A stretch of 62,752 nt of DNA, filler included, from Nemertoderma westbladi (GCA_032718475.1; 3 parts of 3 records of this genome joined end to end with filler, not necessarily neighbours in it), one strand, 5' to 3'. Shown: positions 9,813 to 22,700, counted from the whole stretch's first letter. The notes: a model not told the origin generated them from the letters alone. Translations and numbers: made by a program.

Positions 9813-11855
9813 CTATATTCCATCTAACTTGGAGAGACTTTGTTTAGAGAACATCGAGTCATTCATGGCTTCGGAGATATCATCTAGGAATGCCGACATT
9901 TCGAGGAAACTGGGATCTCGATCTGGGTGTCTGCGTTGGAGATCTATGCATTTATACGCCCACTTGCTTTGCAGCCATCCGGGGAACTTTCGGGCAATCT
10001 GTCGGAGGTTTAGAATGTTGTTTACTTGTTCCTCCTTATTTAATGGTTTTAGAGTGTAATAGGCATCTTTCATGGAATCCGAGAACTCTTGGATATTCTG
10101 TGGTTCCCCTAGGGATCCAGCGTCCTGTATCAGTTTCTCGAGAGTTTTATTAATTATAGTTCCGATATTTCCGTATCTTTTGTCTAGAGTTTTCCATGCA
10201 TCGTAGTAAGCTTCATGAGATCCTCCCTCAAAACATTTAATGATTCGACGTGGTTTGTCACCCAGGTATTGGGATAAATATACCAGTTTTTGTGCATCAG
10301 TTATATCCGTTGATCCGATCTGAGCGAAGAACCGTTTCTTAAATCCAAGGTAATTGACGGGGTCTCCCTCGAACTTGCGGATCTCCATCTTGGGCATAGC
10401 CAGGCGGTTTTCCAATGCTCGGATAATGCCGACGTCATCTGAACTGGAATGACTAGGAGGATTATAGTTATTAACACTCTCTCCCACGCAGGATGGGTCG
10501 ATGAGAGGTGGAGTTTTAATGATGACGCGGTTACGGATTTGTGGTGTGGATGTAAATGGAATGTTGGGTCGAGGGGTGGCGTCCCGTTCCGAGTCCTTTT
10601 CAGGCTCGTACTTGGGAACGCTCGGTACCGTGGGGTTGGATGGGAAATAAGGTTCCTCATTCTTAAGCGTAACCGGTGGGGGATGGAATACCAGTGCTTG
10701 TGCCGATAACGTAGACTGTATGGTTGGCGGGAACTCGGGTTTCGGAGGTTTCGCCGCCGAAGGCGTAAATGACTTCTCTAATTCCGGGACCGGGATTGGT
10801 TCATAGTTCTGTTCTATACCCCTTTCCCAGTCCTCATATAGTTGAAGATCCCGTTCTATGAGTGCGGCTTCGTATTCCGCGAGTTTCGCAATATCCGCAT
10901 TCTTTTTGTGGATGAGAATCGCTGGGGCCTCAGCATGTTGTTTACACATTTCTGCCTCTAGTTTACGTTGTTCGGCCTCTTGTTTGGCCTCTCATTCACG
11001 TTGTTCGGCCTGTTGTTCGGCCTCTCGTTTACATTGTTCGGCCTCTTGTTCGGCCTCTCGATCACGTTGTTCAGCCTCTCCTCTACGTTGCTCGGCCTGA
11101 TGTTCGGCGTCTCGTCTACGTTGTTCGGCCTGTTGTTCGGCCTCTCGTTAACGTTGTTCGGCCTGTTGTTCGGCCTCTCGTTTACGTTGTTCGGCCTGTT
11201 GTTTGGCCTCTCGTTTTTGCATTTCGGCTGCTAATACATCCTGTTCGATCTGCAGTTGAACATATTCGTCTTCCATTCGAGCTTTAAGGGCCAATGCCCT
11301 CTGTTCTCATAGCTGATCTCGGAGTAGCTGACCCCCTTGAGAACTGTGCGCTGAACCGGATATCTCGCTCCTAGTGCTGGAGTGCTGGTGCCTTGAGGAC
11401 CCCGTTCTCTTTCGATGAATTGCTGTCCTGGTGCTGGAGGTCTGTACCAATTCTGCGTCTGTTATTTCAGTTCACTTATAGTACTGTTCCTCGTAGCCTC
11501 TCATGAGGCTGAGGGTCCTCCGATGTTGTTTGCAAAACTCATCTAGATGTACAATGTGTTCTTCCAGTCTGGGGTAGTTTACCTGATCGGTGGCGGGGAT
11601 GAGTTCTTGATATGCCTGTATCATCCTCTCATATCGTTGTAAGATACTTCGGATATTCTGTAGCTGAGTCTGTATCTCGTTGAGGGGGGTTTCGACTCCC
11701 CTTAGTTGTTTCTCTATACGTTGATATGCTCGAGTGACTCCGCCTTTGAGAGCACCTAATCGACGGGTCATGTTCTTTACGTTCGGTACCTCGTCGATTT
11801 CCGAGTCTGTGTGGTGGTCCATCTCATCGGTGTCGGAGACGTTGTTCATTGTCAT
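9813..11855 (-). pseudogene. BEL/Pao gag of element 1 (stops/frameshift), with coiled-coil EAEQR repeat at ~10960-11230
   Basis: ORFs 11472..11855 and 9813..10949; MPKMEIRKFEGDPVNYLGF..QKLVYLSQYL..YYDAWKTLDKRYG; same frame as 8559..9758 across a TAG. Confidence 0.88.
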
Positions 11856-12043
11856 TCTAGCGCCTCGTTGATAGCTAGATATGCAATGTCGTAAAATAGT
11901 TCTTCGTAGGTCTCATATTCAGCCTGGACTACCCGAACGGTAATCCTGAATCGTCCAACGTTCGTTCCTTGTACTTCGACTTCGACGTGCCAGATTCCTG
12001 GCTCAACTTGGATTATATCAATGGGTGTGATCGATACTCCCAT
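11852..12043 (-). CDS. Small upstream ORF (63 aa) overlapping the gag start by ATGA
   Basis: ATG-initiated, protein-like composition; its TGA overlaps the gag ATG at 11852-11855. Confidence 0.35.
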   Translation of the reverse strand: MGVSITPIDIIQVEPGIWHVEVEVQGTNVGRFRITVRVVQAEYETYEELFYDIAYLAINEALE

Positions 12044-12563
12044 TCCCTGTTAACGACTCTCTATTTGTGATCTGCCGACTACGAGTTTATTAGTTCGAGT
12101 TTGTCGATTGATTAAACCACGGCTTTGTCTTAAATCAAATACCAGAGTTTCCGCGTAGTGGGTGCTGGGTAAGCACGTAGAGAGTTTGAAGAGTATTGTA
12201 GGATTCCCGACTTCCACCAGGTGAAGTTGGCCGCGTCTTATTCTCAATTCTGTTACCGTTATTCCCGACACCATGGGGGAAAACGCCGATGCTGGAGGCA
12301 GAACTTTTTGACCACGGAATTCCGGCCAGTCACCGGATATTGGTAGTGGAGAAGGAATACGTTCTTAAATGCAAGATTGCAGTTGAGAAAAGTTTCATTG
12401 GTTGGATATAGTCTTAAATGTAACTTCCCTACGGTTGAATCTTGTACAACATTGAATCCTGATTGAGAATAAGTTGGGCTTCCCCAAACCAATATACACT
12501 AAATATTCACAATAATATAACACGACAATATAAATCCCTACAATACATTATTTAATTACCCAC

Positions 12564-13742
12564 TGTTCGCTCAGATTCTAACCTAACTAATGTTCCCCAA
12601 TTTTCCCTCGGTCCTAGTCTCGGTACCGTAGTGTCGGTGTCGGTCGACCCTGTTGCGTGTCCGTCCCACCCTTTCAGGAAGCGGTACGGCTTGGCTAAGG
12701 GTCGGTCCAGTCGGTAGACCCGGTTGTGTGTCCGTCTCACCCTTCCCCAACCCCGAAGGGATCGGTCATCAGGAAAGTGGTACGGCTTGGCTAGGGGTCT
12801 GTCGTGTCGGTGGACCAGTTTGCGTGTCTGTCCCACCCTTCCCGAACCCCAAAGGGATCGGTCATCAGGAAAGCGGTACGGCTTGGCTAGGGGTCCGTCA
12901 GTTCATCGCAGGGACCCAACCACCTAGGCTTTTCGAGTCCTTATTCAGGCTCGTAGTTGCTTTGGTAGCCGAGAAGCTGCTCCGAACAGTCGGTAGGCCA
13001 GTGGGGTACGGTCCTTTGTCTTTCGACCCCGTTGCGTGTCCGTCCCACCCTTCCCAAACCCCGAAGGGATCGGTCATCAGGAAAGCGGCATGGCTTGGCA
13101 AAGGGTCTGTCAGCCCATCGTGAGCCCCAACGGTTGGTGGTTTTCCGAGTCCTTATTCAGGCTCGTACTAACGCCGGTCGTGGAACCCACTCCAGGAAGG
13201 CAGTCCTCGTCGAACCCTTCCTCCGTTAGTCGGTCGACCCATCGCAAGTCACTGGTGTATGTCGGCAGGCTTTCCGAGTCCTTATTCAGGCTCGTACTAA
13301 CTGCCACCGACCAGGGACCACTAAAGGTCTGTCTGTCGGTTCCCGTCGCAAATCCCTGACACAAGCAGCTGACTTTCCGAGTCCTTTTTCAGGCTCGTAA
13401 TAACTGCTGTTGGCCAGGAACCGCTAAGGGCAGTCCTTGTCCTTTAGACCTAGCGAGTTACCAAATACACCTCTACAGGCAGCAGGAAGTTGGCTAGGCC
13501 TAATAGTAATCAGGGAAACCTGAATACTGCTTAACTTTGCCTCCCACCCCTGGCCCTTAAATACATGAAATGAGTCCTGTACCCGGTATGTCGCCCCAAT
13601 ATTCGCCCATAAATCGCCCCCAGGCCATTGAATGTGCCCAAATCCTATGTTCCCGCACCCAGTAGTGATATCGGAATATTCTTTTAAAATAAATCCAAAA
13701 AATATTCAACTCGCGTTAAGAAAAGTTGAAATACCCCGAACA
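12564..13742 (-). repeat. 5' LTR of element 1 (~1.18 kb)
   Basis: Starts TGTTCG at 13742. Inner end inferred at CGAACA (12564), which gives a perfect 6-bp terminal inverted repeat. The inner boundary cannot be checked because the other LTR leaves the window. Confidence 0.8.
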
Positions 13743-13984
13743 AATTGTAAACTGAAGACTTCGGCACTAGTTTCCCTGCCAAGTTAATTAGAATAAATGG
13801 AGGGGTTTACAGAAGTTTGGGATCCCTGCTGGGAGTTGTGTTGCATCATGTATGTGGAGCGAGGTCGAAGTCCATGGCTGGATAAGGAGCAGGAACTCCT
13901 GCACCACCACTCTTCCGGAAATCAACTTTTGCCCTTCGGCTCTGCATTGTTCGTGCAGTGATGAATAAATCCTTCTTGCATGAC

Positions 13985-14232
13985 ATTGCTTTCGCCATGA
14001 GGACCAGCCAGTGCATAATCTTGTGATTTAGTGGCAACATGGAGTGAATAAGCATAGTAGACATGAGAACCCATGACTTCCTTGAGACACCTCTTAAGGG
14101 CACTCCGGCCTTGAAGATGCAGCTTCTCTAGCAAATGTTATGGGTGATAGGGAGTTGTGGCGATGCAATTTTATCGACAAGCCGGCACAGCATTCCTAAT
14201 ATATAATGCAGCTGCGATGCAGCATGCCAATA
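13985..14232 (+). mobile_element. 3' fragment of RTE-like LINE
   Basis: Matches 60262-60283 + 61854-62060 (GAGGACCAGCCAGTGCATAATCTTG...GATAGGGAGTTGTGGCG). Confidence 0.8.
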
Positions 14233-16134
14233 GTAGACGCATTTTTCCAAGTGACACTTTAGACAATATACAAAATACATTCTCTGTTATGCATCCGCCC
14301 TTGTATAATGATGTTTCACAGGAAATGCCTATAGCATCAGACTTCCAACGAAAGCAAAACAAAAGGAAAAGCCTATGCATTTAAATAGATGGAACTGAGG
14401 CTAAATATTTGATAGAACTATGTATGATAAGGCAAATTTTCCCCAGAATGAATTACATAACCTTGTAGATTGGTCATCATTGTATTGGAAATGAAAAAAT
14501 GGTCTATAGTAGAATTGGTTGGAAATGAAAAAATGATTTATAGTAGATATAAACAATTTTATATACAATGTGTGCATGTAGAATCTACAGCATACAAGTC
14601 AACAAGTCCCATAAACTTTGAAAATCGAAATATTACAGAAAGTCCTGGCAGCTACTGAACTGAACTCAATCATGAACTGAACTATATGAAAAAAAGTAAT
14701 TGTAATAAATAATTAATGTTAAGCATTAATATCTCCAACCAATATTTTATTACTAGTTGGGGTATAATTTTCAACTAAATGTTTGACATCAGAAATTATA
14801 TTCATTATTGGCCATAAGCTTCAGAGGCTATGGTTGCCATGGCCACTAACAATGCAGTATTCAGTAATATGTATGTATACACATAATTATATGTATATTT
14901 AATATTCAATATTCAATAATCCCTCTGATTAATAGGTTCATACTATAGTGTTCCAAGAAATCTATTATACAGGCAAGAAGCAAGAGCACTGCAACAAAAT
15001 CGTATTTGATCTTAATATAATATACTTTAATATATTCTTGGTCTATCAGCTCGAACATGTCGATTTGCACAATAACAGGTGTTCCAGGGTGATTATAAAG
15101 CATCTTATACATCAATCTGTAATTATTAGTACTTTTACTATTAGTTTGTTTTCCTGTACACGGGGGGGGGGGGAACTTCCTGTACTACGACGCCCATGCC
15201 TACATACACCCAGGTTAGTTAAGGATAGGGAACAGGTTACAGAAACAGAAGCAAGTCGTAGAAAACACAATTAAATTGAGAATCAATAGCTAGAGAATCA
15301 ACAGTCAGGTGTATAGGCCTACTGGCTTATAGTACACGTAGGTGTAGTGTAGCGTTTACCAACGTGTGAAAAGCAAAGGTTATAACTTCGGACACTGCTA
15401 ATTAAGAAATGACAATCAGAACATATGAGATAATTAACAGCTGTATTTTGATGAAATCCCAGGAATGTAAGAATATATAGAAACCGGGTAAAAGGTTCAG
15501 TGGTCACTGTGAAGTAAGATATGTACTTTAGAATCGTCTAAAGTCTAAAGAAAAGTCTAAAGTTCTTTGTACATTTGAAAATAATATAATAGCACTTAGA
15601 CTGATAAAAATAATAAGATACCGTAATATCTGCCAGAGTAAAAATTAATCTGAAAAAAGACCATAAAAAATACAGGTCTTTAAAATACTGTTTTAGACTT
15701 TCTCGCTTTACTTGGAAACTTTGGTGCTGAGAACACACGACTTTGTTACTGCCTAAAATATTGGTGGAAACATTACAGGCAGTTGCAAAAGCGGAAATAA
15801 GTGCAATACAATTATCGGAAAATACCGGGTAACCCGCCTAGGGAATAATGGCCTGCTAGTTATACTATAAACTCCTTGTATTATCCTAATCCTAGAGGAA
15901 TTGAGTATTGACAACTAAATCAAACTTGTGTGATAAGGGTGGGGCATATATATCGAAAGTACATTGACTGGCAATATCAAAACTATTTGTAACAAAACCA
16001 ATAATCAAAAAATTATTGCCAATAAATATTAACAATAAATTATCAATTGTACAGATAGTGTGACAAGTTTCTAGGGAGTGATAGTATATGTTTGAATCAT
16101 TCAATACCAATCGTCTACTGGTAAGAATGGAGCA

Positions 16135-16343
16135 GTTGTTTTCGGCGTAATGACCAGCTTGTGCACAATATTGCGCTTTGGCAGCACCGTGGAGAAAATA
16201 AGGATGGGGAGAGCCCATGACTTTCTTGAGATGCCTGTTAAAGGACACTGGCCTTGGAGATGCGGATAATCTCGCGAAAGTCATGGGAGTCATGGGGATA
16301 AGGAGTTGAGTTGTGGTGGAGCAACTTTGTTGATAAGCCAGGA
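16135..16343 (+). mobile_element. Second, more degraded 3' fragment of the same RTE-like LINE
   Basis: CCCATGACTTTCTTGAGA..TTAAAGGACACTGGCCTTG.AGATGCGGAT is shared with 61908-61960. Confidence 0.75.
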
Positions 16344-16349
16344 TTTTAA

Positions 16350-17750
16350 CCCTATTAAACCCGGGGGGGGGTCAATATGACCCCTTCCGTGGTTTTTTTA
16401 CTATAATTCTGAAACAAACGCAATGGGAATCTGAAATTTTACGACTTTTCCTAAAAATCTATTGTCTTCCTAGTAATGAAAACCGTTTTCAAAAATATTG
16501 GGTAGTTTTCGAGTTATAGCACCATTTTTGAACCCTACTTTTGGCACTTTTTTTGAGACGTTTTTTGAAAATTACAACTGTAACAATTGTAACAATTCTA
16601 TTTTTGATTTACACCGGTTTTTTGGTGTTCGCAATTGGATGGAATTCATATAAATTGATTTAGAAATTTCAAACTTGTTTTTTTCGGCGGGTGCCAAATT
16701 TTGGTGCCAGCACCAAATTTTGAAATATGTCAATTTTGTAAATTGATTGTTTGAAACTTGTTTTTTACGCAATTGGGGTTTTTTGGGGTTGTGGTTTCGA
16801 TGAAATATATACGAGTTGCACCAAGCGTATCAAACTTGTATTTTTCGGTGCTGTGTGCAAATTTTGGTGCTAGCACGAAATTTTGAAAATACATTCAATA
16901 GATAAAATTGCTTGTGACAATTGACAATTTATTTCTTGCATTTTAGAGGTTTATGGCTGTTCTGAATTCAATGGAATATATAATTATCGAACTAGACATC
17001 TCAAACTTGTATTTTTCGGAAGTGGGTGCAAAATGTGGTGCTAGCACCAAATTTTGAAAACCATCAAATATATCAATTGATTGTGTCACCTTGTTTCTTG
17101 CGTTTTACGGGTTTGTTAGGGTTCTGAATTCAATGGAATCAGTAAAAATTTCATAAGAGTTTTCAAACTTGTATTTTTCGTCGGTGGGTGAAAATTGTTG
17201 TGCCAGCACCAAATTTAGGAAAATGAGTAAATTGATCAGTAGATAGTATCATCTTGTTTCTTGCGTTATACGGGTTTATGGGGGTCCTGAATCCAATGGA
17301 ATCAATAAAAACAAAACGGCACTGGAGATCGCAAACTTGTACTTTTTGGTGATGGGTACGAAATTTGGTGCTAGCACCAAAATTTGCCAAATTACGCCGA
17401 AAAATACAAGTAGCAATGATCTGACATATTTGAAATGTATTCCATTAGAATCAGCGCCCTAGAAAACATGAAAATGTGAATTTATAGCATCGTATAAGTG
17501 AATTAAAAATTTTGTGTTCTAACTGAAAAGTGCTGGTTACTTGTTTTTTTCATTTTTTTCCTACGCAGAGAGGACTAAACAGCCATTTATGGTAATCATA
17601 TCATTTTTAAATATTTTCCAATGTGTTTTGCGCCCCAGAAAACCTGTATTGAAAAACAATTAGACGAAAAATGTAACTTTCAAATTTGTGAAAGTTGTGC
17701 ACTACTTGTAATTTTGGTGTTGCAATATTACCACCCCAGTACATTTTTTC
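16350..17750 (+). mobile_element. Putative non-autonomous TTAA-type (piggyBac-like) DNA element with internal ~165-bp tandem repeats; right end lost in gap
   Basis: TTAA|CCCTATTAAACCCGGGGGGGGTCAATATGACCCC start; AAACTTGT.TTTTT.GG..TGGTGC.AGCACCAAATTT unit at ~16671, 16832, 17003, 17165 and 17333. Confidence 0.5.
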
Positions 17751-17850
17751 NNNNNNNNNNNNNNNNNNNNNNNNNNNNNNNNNNNNNNNNNNNNTTAATT
17801 AATTAANNNNNNNNNNNNNNNNNNNNNNNNNNNNNNNNNNNNNNNNNNNN
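17751..17850. other. Assembly gap with TTAATTAATTAA linker
   Basis: 100-nt N run with a central all-frame-stop linker; the same structure occurs at 47898-47997. Confidence 0.97.
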
Positions 17851-18030
17851 ATTTCAACCAGTTACATCGCAGTTATTCTTCAATCTTAAAGTGATTTGTA
17901 TATTATATTTATCTAAAATTAAACTTGTACAAAATCCTAATCTTTTTTTTAAAACAATAATACAAAATGCTAATATTTTTTTAAAATAATTAATTCGTTA
18001 TGTTCTCGGGGGTTCCCTCTGCTCTGCCAG

Positions 18031-18062
<32 letters not shown>

Positions 18063-20747
18063 TTGTGTGCTAACACTTACACTTAAAAGTGTGCTTACAC
18101 CAGTCACTTAAACTCTATATAGAATTTGGGAGTACGACTACAGTCATATCCAACACATGTTCAGAGTTCAGTTAATGTCCTACCCACTGTACATTAATAG
18201 AGGTGTATAAGATATGCAATAACAAATTATACTTTGTTTCAGACATCTGATTAAGCATTAATTAGAGATAAATTAATTTGTTTTTAAACACAACGGCAAT
18301 ATATTGAACTATTCGGTAAAGTGGAAATTAAATATTTGCCAAAAATATAATCCCCACTTTTGGCACCCATTTTATCAACTGATTAATAACAATATTAAAA
18401 TGCAAGGGAAGGTCTCTGTTGTACTTCTAAATGGCAAATGATTACATTTTTATTAAATCTGTATGGGTGGTCGCTCCAACGATATATAGTCCTGGTCCAG
18501 GATTCCTGGTGACAGCACCAGCCACTGCTTAGGTTGTACCCAAGGAAATTGAAATGTCCCATATATTTGACACGGCTGATCAACCATACGTCCCGCCGTC
18601 GCTTTACAGTATATTAGCAATGGTTGTGCAATGCACTTAATATCGCGTACTTGTAAAGATAAGGCCCATTACATATTACACATACATACATGTAGGCCCT
18701 ACCAGACGCGTTCGTGCAGTCAATCATTAGTTTGTCAGCTGTCAAGGACAACCCCAAGTCAACATTACTGTGAAGCACTATCGTACTCGTGCGTGCTGAC
18801 CGAGTGATTTCTGTGTTTGCCGACATTTCAACATACAGTTAGTGTAGATCATGCACATGTATAAAAAGAATACGCCACATATAATGAACATTATTTTTGA
18901 GTCAAACGGCCTTTTTGGGAGAATACCCTACTGCAGTCAGGGCCGCACAAGGTTTCTGCATAAAATCTTTGCAGATATCAGAATGTAAAATCAGATATGG
19001 TACTGGTAGGTTAACATTATATAGTGTAGTAATTAATAACTAATTAAATTCGGATGATTCTAGGATAATGCCTATTAATATTAATGGGAAAATGGTGTTA
19101 AAAACTCTTATTATTAATGTTTATCATGTATTCTCACTTATTTTCAAATAAAGTTAAGTAAAGATATATCCGTATAGTCCTGATTTTTCGAGGTAAAATA
19201 CTGAATTGTTTTTTACTGAACGTTGTTGTTGTTTTACGGAACTGATTGTGAAATATTATGAGATTATACTAGCTAGTAATCGATTATACTACTAAAAAAT
19301 GCATATTTAAAGCGGTTTTACGCAAGGTGGAACTGCGTCGAAAGTAGCTAAACTTAATCTTCACGTTTTGTGTTGATTTTTAAGAGAATACGCCTACCGT
19401 AATGGATTTCAATTTCACTCCATAATGATTTCATTATGTCATTTTCTTTTTTCAATCTGTGTGGATTTGCCCAATAATCAAGTAGTACAAAGCTTTCGTA
19501 AGAATGCGAAATTAAAATGACTAAGGAAATTAAATTGAGATGCATTACTGTATGCGAAAATAAAGAATTTTCAAATTATTATTGCTTTGTAGCCTACTGT
19601 AGCCTAAGAGAGGCCAACAATGTTTAGATGATAACCTCTCGTTTTCTCCGTAAGGGGCTTCTTGAGTCGAAACTTCAAAGATGAAAGAAAGAAAGTCTGT
19701 AATAATAAATATGGAAACAAAACGACAGTGGGTGTGGTTGAGCATCGATTATTGATTTATCATTTTACTAAATTCTAAAGTACTGTACAGCAAAACTCTG
19801 CGCATGAAAGTAACTAATTTCTTTTACCCACCCTCAGCCAAAAGCTCGAATAAACCAGCTGATCCAGCCTATGAACCAGTTGATAAATACATGGATTCTG
19901 CCAATTTACCCGCCAATGAACCCGCCAATTTACCCAAGGAACTCATGGATCCAGTCGATAAACAAGAGGATGCGGTCAATGAACTCATTGACCCAGCCGA
20001 TAAACAGGCAGCAGTCCTCTGGCCTGGGAGAGCACGGGAATCCATACAGCTATGGCCTTAGGCCCGGGTGACGACAAACAACCACCAATGGATAATACTA
20101 GTGTAAATGTCCCAATACAGAATCCACCTTGTGATAACAAACAAAATAAATATTTTCATAATGAAATAAGTATTTTTCAAATACCAGTACATGTAATTTG
20201 GTATTAGTAGAGGATTTGCAAAACAATGAGTCCTGGAAACCACATGAACATAAGACAGAATCACAAAAATAACAGCACTAAATATAATCTAAAGAATAAT
20301 GGGGTAGCAGGGGCTATTTTTGAAACACATCAGACCAACTTTGTGGGGAGGGACCACTCTCAACTCAAACTTTCTGACATATGGGATAGGTCTCAGAACT
20401 CAGAAAGTGGAAATGGAAAACCTGGCGAAACATCAGCAGCCAACGAAGGAATTCATGTATACCCAGACGAGGATGTTGACATTAATGAAGTATCCTTAGT
20501 TAAGGCTGCAACTCGACAGTCAAAACCCTGGCAACTGTATGGTGGCCCATCGTTATCATAAAAATAAAACACATTTAATATTTTTATAGCACAAAAATAC
20601 ACGAAAAAAAATTAATATTTCTCTGCACTGCTGAAAAACATGTAAAAAAAACACAAAAAAAATACAGTACACAAAAAAATATGAAAATAAGGTACAGAAA
20701 AAAAATTGGCAAAGGAAAAAAATCGCGAGTAGTTTCGTTTGAAATGA

Positions 20748-20950
20748 AGTGAGTAGTTTAAAATGACTTGGTTTCCGTGTGGCCCATCGTTATCAATGAA
20801 ATTATGTGAGTAGTTTAAAATGACTTCATTCCACGTGGCCCATCGTTATCAATGAAATTATGTGAGTAGTTTAAAATGACTTCATTCCACGTGGCCCATT
20901 GTTATCAATCCCATAGAAATCCAATAGGACTGGCCCATTGTAATCAGTCA
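20748..20950. repeat. ~58-bp tandem repeat (3 copies) upstream of the integrase-like ORF
   Basis: GTGAGTAGTTTAAAATGACTT..GTGGCCCAT(C/T)GTTATCAAT repeated; GGCCCATCGTTATCA also at ~20544. Confidence 0.8.
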
Positions 20951-21379
20951 GACATCTGATAAAGGAACTATCGGCACAACTACTGTAGGCTATCGGTACC
21001 TACTGCTACTCGACTTTACTCGTAAAAGTATACCCGGTACCCGCTGTGCCTTGTCGTGCCTGTAAGTTTGCAGTTCTGTACCAATGCTGACTGTTAGTAG
21101 TTAATGCTTAGTGCTGTAGTGGGTACGGTACCGTTTACTGTATTGGTCAGTTGGTTTAAGATATTACAATTCTGCAAGCAATATCTGAATATGTACAGTA
21201 CACGGACTAAAGGTAGCATGTAGCAGGGTAGGCCTATATAGGCAGATAGGCTTAGGTCTTCTGTTAGTTTTTAATTAAAGTTATGCTTTAGACTCACCTA
21301 TCACATGCTCATCCTACCGGATTGGTAGGCCTATATGCTATAGGCCTAGTATAACAAAAGTATACTGGCAACTGGTATA

Positions 21380-22700
21380 ATGCAGAAGCAGAGTTGGAAA
21401 TGGCAGGATGATAAGAAACTGGAGGAATCACTTAACGACTATGTTTCAAAAAATTTCAAGCGCCGCGAAATTTTGTCATATGTGAGTTCTTCGTTCACAA
21501 ATTATTCCTGGAGTTTTGCTACACTTGATCGGCGATTACGTTATTTTAATATTAGTTACGTCAACAAAGATGACTGTACTGTTGATAAAGTTCGAAGAGC
21601 TGTAATTGAAGAACTGCAGGGACCTTCGGCCAACTTTGGTTATCGAGCGATGCATCAAGTCATCCGAGTAAAACACATCTTAGGGTCCCAAGAGCTTTGG
21701 TTGCTGATATGCTTAAGGATGTCGACCCCGTCGCTGTAGAAAACCGGCAACCACTTTACAAAGTTAAGAGGCCCAAAGTACATTTCACGTGTGCCGGCGC
21801 ATTCCACACTGTTTCAATTGACGGACACGATAAGCTGTGTGGATATCAAAACAGCACATTTCCACTTGGCATCTATGGAATATTGGACACGTTCTCGAGA
21901 AAGGTCCTGAATGTTATGGTAATATATTCTAACTCTAATCCTAATATTATTGGTCACGTCTATTATAAGCTGTTGAATGCATTAGCATATATGCCCTTAT
22001 ATATACGGTGTGATAAAGGCACGGAAACGACCAAGTTAACGTCATTGCATGCTGCCATGATATCCACCCAAGGCAGTGATATTTTCACTGATCCGTGTGA
22101 TTCCATTATTTATGGTCCCTCCACCACCAACAAAATAGAAAGGTGGTGGAGAGACTTGCATGAAAGACTGGTTCTGATCAAAGAAGGAGACAAGGACTGG
22201 AACTATTTAGGTTTAAAACAACCTGTCTCTACAACAATTGTAGACTCCTTTCTGTTGATACTTGCAATATCCACTCCATCAGTTTCCTGCATCGACACTG
22301 CACTGTACACTAAGATACACCAAACCAGGTTTGATCCAGCCGCGCAGCAATAAATTATATCACAGCAAGCTGCGACATAGACAGCCAGAGGTATATCTTT
22401 CTTCCTGATTGCAACGGATCACACTTTGTAATCCACATTGCCAACCCGAGAGAGTGCACAGTTCATACTATGTGTAGTCTTAATTGCACCACCCTACCAA
22501 ACAAGGTATCTAAGTGTATGTGTTTTCTGCTAAACATAATAGACAAGATTCGTGGAAAGCCTGACAGCGTCAGGAGTTGGATTGACTATTTGAATTGAAT
22601 ATATTGACGAATTGAATATACATCTACTTTCCCAGGACAGATAAATGGATACGATTGTGGGCCGTTTATTTGCTTATACGCCCTCGCCATTACAACTGGC
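21380..22700 (+). pseudogene. Degraded DDE integrase-like transposase followed by Ulp1/C48-like cysteine protease (DNA transposon remnant)
   Basis: GYRAMHQ; SIDGHDKL..GILDTFSRK; RCDKGTET; NKIERWWRDL; then STTIVDSFL, YIFLPDCNGSHFVI (~22392-22430) and PGQINGYDCGPFICLYA (~22632-22683). Confidence 0.75.

Larger units (their letters stand above)
1..13742 (-). mobile_element. BEL/Pao LTR retrotransposon 1 (internally deleted, non-autonomous; carries extra exonuclease/Zn-knuckle ORF); 3' end lies outside the window
   Basis: Long direct repeats at 1-1104 and ~12660-13742. Gag with DUF1759-like FEGDPVNY motif and three BEL-type Cys/His knuckles, aspartic protease LDNGS, RNase H C-end NPADLSSRG, integrase SDNGTNF/GVWEKL, and a PPT next to the 3' LTR. 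Confidence 0.95.

Noticed and set aside
17795-17806. TTAATTAATTAA motif between N runs (also at 47942-47953)
   Set aside because: Artificial scaffolding linker, not biological.
19804-20561. Short ORFs (85 and 111 aa) as host exons
   Set aside because: Low-complexity, no recognisable domain, and no supportable splice structure.
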